A stretch of DNA of 63,979 bases, the filler included, from an uncultured bacterium (GTDB taxonomy: Bacteria; CAZDME01; JAYEMH01): NCBI GenBank assembly GCA_964506785.1. It is 5 parts of 5 records of this genome, joined end to end, with 100 filler letters (N's around TTAATTAATTAA, not from the genome) between each part and the next. Parts side by side here need not be neighbours in the genome. Positions count along the whole stretch, not along the records: positions 14,886 to 29,359 come from CAZDME010000034.1; 4 more parts are not named here. One strand, 5' to 3'. The notes beneath the pieces are model-generated. The model made no database searches and was not told the DNA's origin. It worked only from the letters and a program-made list of their open reading frames with translations. The position numbers and the translations under genes are program-made. Below are positions 18,343 to 27,466 of the stretch, in pieces; the stretch's first letter is position 1; every line of letters starts with the position of its first letter.

Positions 18343-19098
18343 ATGAAGAATAATATCTCTGAGATTAAAAAATTGAAGGTTCTGTTATCCTATTGGATTC
18401 ATCACAATAGAGAGCATATAGCTGATGAAGAAAAATGGTCTAAAGAATTTAAGCGGGCCGGGTTTACGGATTTATCCGCCGGATTAAAGAAAATAATCGA
18501 ATTGTCGCAGAGAAAAAATAAGTGTATCGAAACTTTAATGAGCACACTGGAAAAAGGGCGGAAGGCAAGCGTAAAAAAAATATCCGTGAAAAATACGAAG
18601 GGGGGGCATATAAAAGTCGATTTCAAAAAGATAGGTATAATTCATACCCCTTATACCGATAATGCGCCCTATCAGCCGGTTGAGAAAGATACTGGAATTT
18701 TTTTTATTCTGCTTGATGATAACTATCTGGACGGTTTGAAAAAGCTGGATCGATTCCGTTATATCTATGTAGTTTATTACATCCACCGTTTGAAGAGAGG
18801 GGTTTCGATGAGTGTTTATCCTCCGTGGGCAAATGGCAGAAAAGTGGGTTTGTTTGCTTCGCGGGCGCCTTTAAGGCCCAATCCGATAGGATTAAGTGTC
18901 GTCAAGATAAAAAAAATCGTTAAGAACAAAATATTCACCTCAGGATTGGACGTATTCGACGGCACCCCTCTTTTGGATATTAAACCCTATCTTAAGGATT
19001 TGGATTCAAAAGCCGATGCTAATTACGGCTGGGTTGACCGGTCGGCGGATAAAGGCCATCTTCTTTTACACATTAAGGGGATTCCTCATGGTTATTGA
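18343..19098 (+). CDS. TsaA/TrmO-family SAM-binding protein with N-terminal His-rich helical domain
   Basis: N-terminal LSYWIHHNREH; C-terminal IGIIHTPY, GLFASRAPLRPNPIGLS, DGTPLLDIKPY. Confidence 0.87.
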   Translation: MKNNISEIKKLKVLLSYWIHHNREHIADEEKWSKEFKRAGFTDLSAGLKKIIELSQRKNKCIETLMSTLEKGRKASVKKISVKNTKGGHIKVDFKKIGIIHTPYTDNAPYQPVEKDTGIFFILLDDNYLDGLKKLDRFRYIYVVYYIHRLKRGVSMSVYPPWANGRKVGLFASRAPLRPNPIGLSVVKIKKIVKNKIFTSGLDVFDGTPLLDIKPYLKDLDSKADANYGWVDRSADKGHLLLHIKGIPHGY

Positions 19099-19172
19099 AA
19101 AAGAAATTATAAGGCCTGATTTTTCTTCTTGTTGTTTTGATATAGCCGCGGGCGCCGTTTAGGGGTTTAAAT

Positions 19173-19931
19173 GTGAATCCAGTGGCCCTGAATTTAATTT
19201 TAACCGGAACTCTGGCAAGCCTTCTGGCCGGTTTGGCTACCGGTGTCGGGGCTTTACCGGTGTTCTTTGTCAGGAAAATTTCCGATAGATTTCTCGATAC
19301 TTCGCTTGGTTTTTCCGCCGGGGTGATGCTGGCGGCGACATCGTTCAGTTTAATTATTCCGGCCATTGAAATTGGCGGTATTTGGAAGACGGTTGCCGGC
19401 ATTATACTGGGCGCTTTATTTCTTATTTATGCCGAGAAACTCATCCCGCATATGCATCGTGTAACCGGCATAAAGGGGCCCTCGACGACTTTAAGCCGGC
19501 TGTGGCTTTTTATTCTGGCCATAACCATTCATAATTTCCCTGAAGGGATGGCGGTTGGCGTAGGTTTTGGCGGCGGCGATATTAAGGCCGGGATAGGTCT
19601 ATCCATTGGTATTGCTTTACAGAACATACCCGAAGGGTTAGCCGTAGCTCTTCCTTTATTAAGGGAGAAAAACACCCGGGCCAAGGCTTTTTTGATTGCT
19701 TTACTAACCGGTTTAATTGAGCCGATCGGCGGCTTTTTAGGTATTTCCGTTGTTTCTATAGGAAATTTCCTTCTTCCTTATGCTTTGGCTTTTGCCGCCG
19801 GAGCGATGCTTTTTGTCATCAGTGAAGAAATAATTCCTGAGACCCATTCCCGGGGCAATGACCGCCAGGCGACCATCGGGATAATTATCGGATTTATCAT
19901 AATGATGGTTCTTGATACTATTTTTGGCTGA
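19173..19931 (+). CDS. ZIP-family (ZupT/GufA) metal transporter
   Basis: IHNFPEGMAVG, LQNIPEGLAV, EEIIPETH. Confidence 0.93.
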   Translation: MNPVALNLILTGTLASLLAGLATGVGALPVFFVRKISDRFLDTSLGFSAGVMLAATSFSLIIPAIEIGGIWKTVAGIILGALFLIYAEKLIPHMHRVTGIKGPSTTLSRLWLFILAITIHNFPEGMAVGVGFGGGDIKAGIGLSIGIALQNIPEGLAVALPLLREKNTRAKAFLIALLTGLIEPIGGFLGISVVSIGNFLLPYALAFAAGAMLFVISEEIIPETHSRGNDRQATIGIIIGFIIMMVLDTIFG

Positions 19932-19976
19932 TAAAAAATCTGGGCAAACACTGTTCTTTTTGAAAGAGGTAAAAAA

Positions 19977-20762
19977 ATGACTGAAATAATTGTTTCTACC
20001 GGAAGAGGCGGGACCGGCAAAACTACCTTTGTGGCTTTAGCCGCCCGGTATTTGGAATCGCCTTTTCTTCTTATTGATCTTGACCCTGACCAGAATCTTT
20101 CGGACATGCTGGGCATAGATTTAACCGAGAAGTCGGTAATAACTGTTTCTGACGCTTTATATAATGTTATTGAAAAGCGAAAGAAAACCCCCGAATTCAG
20201 CTCCATCCCTTTAAACCAGCAGATGGAATATCTTATAAACAGTGATTGTCTTTATGAGGGTAAAGGTTTTGATTTACTTACCTTAGGTACCAAACTCATT
20301 CCGGGCTGCTATTGCGTTCCGGACGATTTACTCAAACAAAATATTCCCAGGCTTGCCCAGAACTACAAAAATGTGGTTGTGGATTCACCGGCCGGGGTAG
20401 AACATTTAAACAGAAAAGTGACCCGGGACATAGACAGGCTTTTCATCTTTCTGGATCCCTCGCTTAAATCGATAAAGCACATAAAAAGGGTGGAGGATGT
20501 CACCAGGGGTGTCGGCATCCGCTATAAAAATCTCTATATAGTTGGCAATCACGAATTCGATCCGGAGGCAGAGGATTCCTTGCGCCGGATTAATCGGCAT
20601 TATATAGGCAAGGTGGCATACGACAAAAAATTAAAGGAATATAATTTAATCGGCCGTTCACTTTTGGAACTTCCTGACGATTCGCCGGCCTGTCTTTCTG
20701 TCCGGAGGATTCTAAAAACCGCCGGAAAGATTAAGGAAAATGTCTCATCCGGTAAATTTTAA
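19977..20762 (+). CDS. CooC/AcsF-like nickel-insertion ATPase
   Basis: GRGGTGKTT, IDLDPDQNL, GCYC, DSPAGVEHLNR. Confidence 0.88.
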   Translation: MTEIIVSTGRGGTGKTTFVALAARYLESPFLLIDLDPDQNLSDMLGIDLTEKSVITVSDALYNVIEKRKKTPEFSSIPLNQQMEYLINSDCLYEGKGFDLLTLGTKLIPGCYCVPDDLLKQNIPRLAQNYKNVVVDSPAGVEHLNRKVTRDIDRLFIFLDPSLKSIKHIKRVEDVTRGVGIRYKNLYIVGNHEFDPEAEDSLRRINRHYIGKVAYDKKLKEYNLIGRSLLELPDDSPACLSVRRILKTAGKIKENVSSGKF

Positions 20763-21366
20763 AAGGCATGTAGTTGTTTCTTGTGCGGTAATGCGTCCCG
20801 AACTGGAACGATTAAGGGAGGATGGTTTTTTAAACCCTGCCAAAGTTTTATATACGTCTCCGGGGCTTCACGAAAATCCTCGTGAGCTTGAAAAACAGCT
20901 TAAAAGGCAGCTTAAAAATGCCAAAAGGCATTCGGAGAATATTATTGTCATATATGGAAAGAGATGTTATATTGACATCAGCAACCTTTTTCGGGATATT
21001 GATAAATTATTGCAGGAAGAAGGAGGCAATATTAAAAGGATAAACGCCGCTAATTGCATTGATATGCTTGCCAGTGCGGCTGAAAGAGAGCAGATAAGCG
21101 CGGGTAAGAGGATATATTGGCTTTCACCCGGGTGGGTGGAATATTGGAGACAAATTTTTAAAGATTGGGATATCGGCAAAGCCAATGAAACCTTTCCTCA
21201 AAATGATAAGGCCCTTATATTGGATTCTTTGGGGATATATGAAAAATATTCAGCCGATTCTCCCGAAAAAATACTGGAATTCGCTGATTGGATGAAACTG
21301 GGTGTAGAATCTTATAAAATCTCATTGGATAGATTAAAAGCTTTATTAACGGATGCAGTTAATTGA
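20740..21366 (+). CDS. DUF1638-like protein
   Basis: SCAVMRPE, GLHENP, YG..C, NCIDML, WLSPGW. Confidence 0.75.
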   Translation: MSHPVNFKRHVVVSCAVMRPELERLREDGFLNPAKVLYTSPGLHENPRELEKQLKRQLKNAKRHSENIIVIYGKRCYIDISNLFRDIDKLLQEEGGNIKRINAANCIDMLASAAEREQISAGKRIYWLSPGWVEYWRQIFKDWDIGKANETFPQNDKALILDSLGIYEKYSADSPEKILEFADWMKLGVESYKISLDRLKALLTDAVN

Positions 21367-21376
21367 GGAACGCGTT

Positions 21377-21580
21377 ATGCCGATATATACGTATCTTTGC
21401 AAAGACTGCGGGCAAAAATTTGACTTGCTGGTAGGTATGACTTCCGAAAAGACAGAATTGAAATGCGAAAAGTGTAAAAGCAAAAACATAGAAAAAGCGT
21501 TAAGTTCATTCAGCGTAGGGGATTCTGCCGGTTCAAGCGGTTCAAGCTGTCCGACGGGAACGTGTCCTACCTGTTTCTAA
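21377..21580 (+). CDS. FmdB-family zinc-ribbon protein
   Basis: MPIYTYLCKDCG...CEKC with Cys-rich tail; start reassigned to ATG 21377. Confidence 0.88.
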   Translation: MPIYTYLCKDCGQKFDLLVGMTSEKTELKCEKCKSKNIEKALSSFSVGDSAGSSGSSCPTGTCPTCF

Positions 21581-21587
21581 GGGGGGG

Positions 21588-21905
21588 GTGATTAAAATGC
21601 CGATTATGGAAATCAGCCTGGTCCCTCTGGGTACCGCCAGCGCCTCGGTCGGTGAATACGTAGCCGAAGCCTTAAAATCGCTGAAAAAAAGGAAGGGGAT
21701 AAACTATCGTCTGACTTCCATGGGGACGATAGTGGAAGCGCCGTCTCTCAAGCAGCTATTGGATATTGCCGGCATAATGCATAAGGCAGTTTTGGCTAAG
21801 GGGGCAAAAAGGGTTGTCACCAGTATTAAGATAGATGACCGCAAGGATAAAAGACTGACCTCGAGCGGTAAAATAAAATCGGTAGAAAGGAAATTGAAAA
21901 GCTAA
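21588..21905 (+). CDS. MTH1187/YkoF-like thiamine-binding protein
   Basis: SVGEYVA, LTSMGTIVE, RVVTSIKIDDRKDK. Confidence 0.9.
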   Translation: MIKMPIMEISLVPLGTASASVGEYVAEALKSLKKRKGINYRLTSMGTIVEAPSLKQLLDIAGIMHKAVLAKGAKRVVTSIKIDDRKDKRLTSSGKIKSVERKLKS

Positions 21906-21906
21906 A

Positions 21907-22206
21907 ATGGCAGATTTCAAAGAGATTAGTGAAGCCAGAAAGTTGTTGGGCTTGGACGAAAGCGCCACTTTAAAAGAGATAAAAAAGGCTTATCGTAAAC
22001 TATCGCTTAAATACCACCCCGATAAGTGTCAAGAGGAAGATAAAAAAGAGTCTCAGGAGATGTTTAAAAGAATAAGTCATGCTAACGATATCCTGATGAG
22101 TTATTGCGCCGGTTATAATTATTCTTTTAAGGAAGAAGATGTCAAGAAAAACACCATGGGAGAAGAAATTTATAAACACATGAAGAGATTTTATGATGAC
22201 TGGTAA
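21907..22206 (+). CDS. Small J-domain protein
   Basis: LGL...A...EIKKAYRKLSLKYHPD. Confidence 0.9.
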   Translation: MADFKEISEARKLLGLDESATLKEIKKAYRKLSLKYHPDKCQEEDKKESQEMFKRISHANDILMSYCAGYNYSFKEEDVKKNTMGEEIYKHMKRFYDDW

Positions 22207-22342
22207 AAAAGGCCCACGTTTATATTCCCGCTGGACTTGAGTTTTCTTTTTAAATCCCCTTTTTCTTCCGGGGATTTTTTTATTGAAATTTACAGGTTCT
22301 TTTGCTATTGTTAAGGTAAGACTTTAAAATTAGGAGTAAAGG

Positions 22343-23293
22343 GTGAAGACTCAAAGGTCAAAGGTAGCCATAATTGGCGCTGGCAATGTTGGCTCTTCGT
22401 TTGCTTTTAGTTTAATGCTCAGCGGTTTAGCCAGAGAGATTGTTATTATTGACCGGGATGAAGCCCGCGCCCGGGGGGAATGTATGGATTTAAATCACGG
22501 TGCCAGTTTTGTTCCCCCGGTAAACATTTATCCTTCCGGTTATGAAGGCTGCCGGGATGCTGATATTGTAGTTATCACTGCCGGAGCCAAACAAAAGCCC
22601 GGGCAAACTAGAATTGCCTTAGTTCAGACAAACACTGAGATTTTCAAGGATATCATCCCCGGGGTAGTTAAATATGCCAAAGATTCCATATTACTGGTTG
22701 TTTCCAATCCCATGGATATACTTACCTATTTAACCTTAAAGATTTCCGGCCTTCCTTCCGGGAGAGTCATTGGTTCGGGTACGGTGTTAGACACCTCTAG
22801 GTTAAGATATTTAATAAGCGAGCATTGTCACGTTGACGCCCGCAACATTCACGCCTATATTATAGGCGAACATGGTGATACGGAGGTTCCTGTTTGGAGT
22901 CATGCTAATATTGGGGGAGTGGTATTGGCTAAATACTGCCCTGTTTGCAATGCTAATTGCGATTATAAAAAAGAGCTGGATGGAATTTTTGAAGAGGTAA
23001 AGAACTCAGCCTACAAGATTATTGAGACAAAGGGAGCCACTTACTATGCTATTGCTTTAGCTTTAGTAAAGATTGTTGGGGCAATCTTAAGGGATGAAAA
23101 TTCGGTTCTACCCATTTCTACTTTAATAGATGGTTATTACGGGGTAGAGGATATTTGTTTAAGTCTTCCTTCCATGGTAAACCGCAGTGGTGTAGAGAGA
23201 ATTTTAAAGCTTGAGCTTTCCGCGGATGAAGAAAAGAAGTTTCGGCGTTCCGCCGAGACCTTAAAAGGGATAATAAAGCAGATAAAGCTTTAA
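22343..23293 (+). CDS. ldh: L-lactate dehydrogenase
   Basis: [17 protein letters not shown] (Gln specificity residue of LDH); NPMD, LDTSR, GEHGD. Confidence 0.93.
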   Translation: MKTQRSKVAIIGAGNVGSSFAFSLMLSGLAREIVIIDRDEARARGECMDLNHGASFVPPVNIYPSGYEGCRDADIVVITAGAKQKPGQTRIALVQTNTEIFKDIIPGVVKYAKDSILLVVSNPMDILTYLTLKISGLPSGRVIGSGTVLDTSRLRYLISEHCHVDARNIHAYIIGEHGDTEVPVWSHANIGGVVLAKYCPVCNANCDYKKELDGIFEEVKNSAYKIIETKGATYYAIALALVKIVGAILRDENSVLPISTLIDGYYGVEDICLSLPSMVNRSGVERILKLELSADEEKKFRRSAETLKGIIKQIKL

Positions 23294-23307
23294 GGAGGTA
23301 CTCTCAT

Positions 23308-23433
23308 ATGGCAGTGGAAAAAGTTGGCGAAAAATATAGGTGCAATGTATGCGGCAATGAAGTTACCGTGACTAATGTCGGCGGTGGTGAGCTTGTCTGC
23401 TGCGGCCAGCCGATGGAAAAGATAGAGGGATAA
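23308..23433 (+). CDS. Desulforedoxin-like 41-aa Fe(Cys)4 protein (not in ORF track)
   Basis: Translated by hand: [51 protein letters not shown]. Confidence 0.92.
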   Translation: MAVEKVGEKYRCNVCGNEVTVTNVGGGELVCCGQPMEKIEG

Positions 23434-23440
23434 GTTATAG

Positions 23441-24184
23441 ATGAAACGTTTATTCAACTGGCAGGTTATCCTGGGTTTGCTTCTCGTCGCTCTTTCCGCC
23501 CTGGTTTATTTGATCCACTATTTTATTTTCCGGGACGCCCATCATATTTTTATCTATCTCATTGGTGACATTGCCTTTGTTTTCTTTGAGGTTTTATTAG
23601 TCACCTTAGTTTTACACCAGCTTCTTCATTTTCGCGAGAAAAAGGCGCTTTTAAACAAATTAAACATGGTAATCGGCGCTTTTTTCAGCGAGGTAGGCGA
23701 GGGATTACTCAAGGCCTTTTCTATTTTTGACAAAGAGGCTTTCAAGATTACCCGCAAGCTGGTTATAACCGACGGCTGGTCTGAGCGGGAATTTTTAAAA
23801 ATCAGAAAAAGCGTTAAAAGCCATCCCTATGAAATTGACTCAAAGAGAGGCGATTTGGAGCAAATCAGAGATTTCTTAAAAGAAAAAAGGCAGTTCCTCC
23901 TTAATCTTTTGGAAAACCCCAATCTTTTAGAACACGAATCATTTACCAATCTTCTTTGGGCGGTATTTCATTTAACTGAGGAGCTTATTCACCGAAGAAA
24001 GCTCATTGACTTACCGGAGGCTGATTACGAGCATCTCTCCGGAGACATAAAAAGGGTTTATCATCTTTTAATTGCCGAGTGGCTCAATTACATGAAGCAT
24101 TTAAAATCGAATTATCCTTATCTTTTTTCCCTGGCGATGAGGACCAATCCTTTTGATAAAAATGCTTCGGTAGAACTCTCCTAG
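23441..24184 (+). CDS. Hypothetical membrane protein (2 N-terminal TM helices)
   Basis: LNMVIGAFFSEVG, LLENPNLLEHESFT, YPYLFSLA..NPF. Confidence 0.8.
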   Translation: MKRLFNWQVILGLLLVALSALVYLIHYFIFRDAHHIFIYLIGDIAFVFFEVLLVTLVLHQLLHFREKKALLNKLNMVIGAFFSEVGEGLLKAFSIFDKEAFKITRKLVITDGWSEREFLKIRKSVKSHPYEIDSKRGDLEQIRDFLKEKRQFLLNLLENPNLLEHESFTNLLWAVFHLTEELIHRRKLIDLPEADYEHLSGDIKRVYHLLIAEWLNYMKHLKSNYPYLFSLAMRTNPFDKNASVELS

Positions 24185-24282
24185 TTTCCCTCCGTCTTAC
24201 TTTAGTCTCATCTAAATAACCTTGCACTTTTCCCTCAACCGATATAAAATGTATAGATAAGAAAGCAGCTTTTCTATTTGCC

Positions 24283-25320
24283 ATGAAAAAAAACTCAAGA
24301 GAATACCATATTGGCAAAGAAGACATAGACAGTTTAATCAGGGAGCTTGCCTGCCGCTGCGGTGCGCTTGATACTGAGGAGTTTTTATGTGAGATTATCA
24401 CCACCGCCGTTAAACTGGGCATGGAATCAAGCGACCGGGGCGATTTGAAGCTGGTAAATAATGCCCTGAAGGAACTGCGCTATTCCTTTAAAATATTTTC
24501 TCCTTATCGTGATGTAAAAAAGGTAATAATTTTCGGCTCGGCCAGGGCTAATAGTACTTCAGCCGAGTACAAAATGGCTGAAGAATTCACCCGCAAGCTC
24601 ACCTCCCGGGGTTACATGATTGTCACTGGTGGTGGTTCCGGGGTAATGGAGGCTGGCAACAAAGGGGCAAAGAAGGGCAAAGAGTTTGCCCTGAACATTC
24701 GTCTTCCTTTTGAACAAAGGCCCAATCCTTATATAGACGAAAAAGACAAGATAATTAACTTCAAATATTTTTTTACCAGGAAGCTCATTTTTATTAAAGA
24801 AACCGACGCTACCGCTCTTTTCCCCGGGGGATTTGGCACTCATGACGAAGGATTCGAAATGCTCACCTTGATTCAAACCGGCAAATCCAGGCCCCGGCCG
24901 ATAGTTTTGATGGAGCCCAAAGGCTCCGCTTACTGGGCGGCCTGGGAACGGTTTTTAAATAAGCATCTTCTTAAAAATGGTTTTATTAAAAAGGAAGATT
25001 TCAATCTTTTTCATCTGGCAAAGACTGTTGATGAAGCCGTTAAATATATAGAGGATTTCTACCGGGTATACCACTCGATAAGATATGTTTCCGGCCTGAC
25101 CGTCTTAAGGCTGAATAGGCAGATTTCCCCAAGAACCCTGAAATTTATAAATAAAAAATTTAAAGATATTTTAACCGGAGGCGAGATTAAGATTTCTCCG
25201 CCCGCCGCTCAGGAAATGCAAAACGGGGAATATTTGAATCTTCCCCGGCTGGCCATGAGTTTCAATATGCGTGATTACGGCCGTCTCTGTGAGCTGATTC
25301 GGGTAATTAACCGCGATTAA
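24283..25320 (+). CDS. LOG/SLOG-family nucleotide-binding protein (long form)
   Basis: IFGSAR, TGGGSGVMEA, FKYFFTRK, FPGGFGTHDE. Confidence 0.9.
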   Translation: MKKNSREYHIGKEDIDSLIRELACRCGALDTEEFLCEIITTAVKLGMESSDRGDLKLVNNALKELRYSFKIFSPYRDVKKVIIFGSARANSTSAEYKMAEEFTRKLTSRGYMIVTGGGSGVMEAGNKGAKKGKEFALNIRLPFEQRPNPYIDEKDKIINFKYFFTRKLIFIKETDATALFPGGFGTHDEGFEMLTLIQTGKSRPRPIVLMEPKGSAYWAAWERFLNKHLLKNGFIKKEDFNLFHLAKTVDEAVKYIEDFYRVYHSIRYVSGLTVLRLNRQISPRTLKFINKKFKDILTGGEIKISPPAAQEMQNGEYLNLPRLAMSFNMRDYGRLCELIRVINRD

Positions 25321-25353
25321 AGGCCGGGTTTAATTTTGGGATCTTTATAAATT

Positions 25354-25836
25354 ATGAAAAAAGGAATCGTCTTAAAACCTATCGGTATAATTCATACGCC
25401 TTATGAAAATCCCAAAGGGATGCCTATTCAAGGAACCTTCGATAAAAATATTACCGGCCGCATTGAACTTTTCCCGGGATATAAACAAGGCTTAAAGGAT
25501 ATTGAAGGATTTTCCCATCTTATTTTGATTTATCATTTTAACCGTACCAGGGATGAAAGACTCATCAGCCGGCCTTTTCTTGAACACACTCCACACGGCA
25601 TATTTGCCATCAGGAGTCCTCATCGTCCCAATCAGATCGGATTTTCCATTGTCAAACTTGAAAAGGTTCTGGATAATGTTATTACCTTTTCGGAGGTTGA
25701 TATATTGGACGGCACTTTTTTAATCGATATCAAACCCTATGTTTCCCATTTTGATTCCAGAGAGGATGTAAAAAACGGCTGGCTTGACAGGCATTTCGAA
25801 GATACCCATATACCCAGAGGAACGAGATTAAAGTAA
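25354..25836 (+). CDS. TsaA/TrmO-family tRNA methyltransferase-like protein
   Basis: IGIIHTPY, GIFAIRSPHRPNQIG, LDGT.LIDIKPY. Confidence 0.9.
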   Translation: MKKGIVLKPIGIIHTPYENPKGMPIQGTFDKNITGRIELFPGYKQGLKDIEGFSHLILIYHFNRTRDERLISRPFLEHTPHGIFAIRSPHRPNQIGFSIVKLEKVLDNVITFSEVDILDGTFLIDIKPYVSHFDSREDVKNGWLDRHFEDTHIPRGTRLK

Positions 25837-25854
25837 AGAAACTTTTTTTCCCTT

Positions 25855-27207
25855 ATGAATAAAGAAAATTCGTTGACGACCAGGCGCATTCCTGCCCTCC
25901 TCGCTTATTTTGCCGTCCCTTCCATATTAAGTCTCGTTTTGCACGCCTTTTATCATATTGTCGACCGGATATTTATCGGCCGCGGCGTCGGTTCGTTAGG
26001 TCTGGCCGGTGTTACCCTTTGTTTTCCCGTCATTTTACTCTTTTTTGGCGTCTGTATGTTATTTTCAAGCGGGGCCTCTTCCCTGATATCCATTTATCTG
26101 GGCAAAGACCGGAAAGATAGGGCCGAAAAGGTTCTGGGAAGCACCATTACCGTTATTACCGTTCTCGGATTTATCGTCGCTTTATGCGGCCAACTTTACT
26201 ATAAGCGTATTCTGGGCATATTTAACATCCCTCCGGAAACCCTGCCATACGCCGCGGGCTATTTAAGAATCATCCTTTCAGGCGCTCCTCTTTTTTTCTA
26301 TGGATTTACTTTAACCTTTGTCATTCGCGCCGAGGGCAATCCCATATACGCGACTATAATCCTTATTACCGGAACCTTAATTAATTTAATCCTTGACCCG
26401 GTTTTTATTTTCATCTTTTCTCTGGGGGTAAAAGGGGCGGCCTTGGCCACCATCATTTCCGAGGGGACCGTTGCCCTTCTGGGGCTTCTTTATATGACCA
26501 GAAAACAGGGCCTTGTCCATATTCGAAGAAGCAATTTAAGATTAAGCTTTCCCGTTCTTAAAAAGGTTGTCTTTCTCGGTATTTCCACCGCTCTTATGAG
26601 TATGGCCTCCAGCATTCAGTGTTTCTTTTTGAATGACCGCCTGGTTTTTTATGGCGGCAGCTTAGCCGTTGCCGTTATGGGCATAATTTTTCCCATATCT
26701 TCTATATTGCGCCTTTTTACTTTCGGCATGGCCGCCGGGATGCAGCCGATTATCGGCTATAATTATGGTGCCGGCCGGAGCAGACGGGTAAGAGACACTT
26801 TTTACTACGCCTGCAAAGTTAGCTTTTTAATTATATCTTTGTTTGTTGTCTTGATATTGCTTTTTGCCGATAAGATTGTTGCCCTTTTTGCCAAAGATAA
26901 TCCCCAGCTTGTTTTACTTGGCGCTCGGGCTATCCGTATCTTTCTTTCGATGATGCCTTTTGGCATCATTAACGTTTTAGGGGCCCGTTATTTTCAGGCC
27001 ATCGGCAAAGGGGGCAAAGCGATTATTATCGGTCTTTCCGGCCAACTCTTGATTTTTATCCCCGTGCTTATCCTTCTTTCGTCTATCTACGAATTAAACG
27101 GGGTTTGGTTCAGCAACCCGGCCACAAATCTTCTTGCCCTGGGGGTTACGATTTTCTTTCTTATAAAAGAGATGCGGCGTTTATCTTTCAAAGCGGCCAT
27201 GAAATAA
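25855..27207 (+). CDS. MATE efflux transporter (MepA-like)
   Basis: YHIVDRIFIG, NLILDPVFIF, GVKGAALAT, QPIIGYNYGA. Confidence 0.92.
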   Translation: MNKENSLTTRRIPALLAYFAVPSILSLVLHAFYHIVDRIFIGRGVGSLGLAGVTLCFPVILLFFGVCMLFSSGASSLISIYLGKDRKDRAEKVLGSTITVITVLGFIVALCGQLYYKRILGIFNIPPETLPYAAGYLRIILSGAPLFFYGFTLTFVIRAEGNPIYATIILITGTLINLILDPVFIFIFSLGVKGAALATIISEGTVALLGLLYMTRKQGLVHIRRSNLRLSFPVLKKVVFLGISTALMSMASSIQCFFLNDRLVFYGGSLAVAVMGIIFPISSILRLFTFGMAAGMQPIIGYNYGAGRSRRVRDTFYYACKVSFLIISLFVVLILLFADKIVALFAKDNPQLVLLGARAIRIFLSMMPFGIINVLGARYFQAIGKGGKAIIIGLSGQLLIFIPVLILLSSIYELNGVWFSNPATNLLALGVTIFFLIKEMRRLSFKAAMK

Positions 27208-27414
27208 AGGTTTCCCTTTTTTTCGAATCCCCTCATTACTGTAGATGGCATTTACAACCTGGCCTGTATTTTTACTAAGGAAGGGGATAAAGACAGGGCT
27301 TCAGGCTATTTAGAGGAGGCGATTAGGCAAGGTATTTCCAGGGAGCATGCCCGGACCGACCCTGATTTAGAGTCGCTTAGGGAAGACTCGCGTTTTATCG
27401 AACTTATAAAATAG
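27208..27414 (+). pseudogene. Start-less C-terminal TPR-cap fragment
   Basis: In frame after the MATE stop: ...YNLACIFTKEGDKDRASGYLEEAIRQG...DPDLESLREDSRFIELIK*; no ATG. Confidence 0.7.
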
Positions 27415-27466
27415 TTCCGGGGGCCCCGAAGGGCCAAGAGGGGTTTTACCGCCCCGGCAAATTTTT

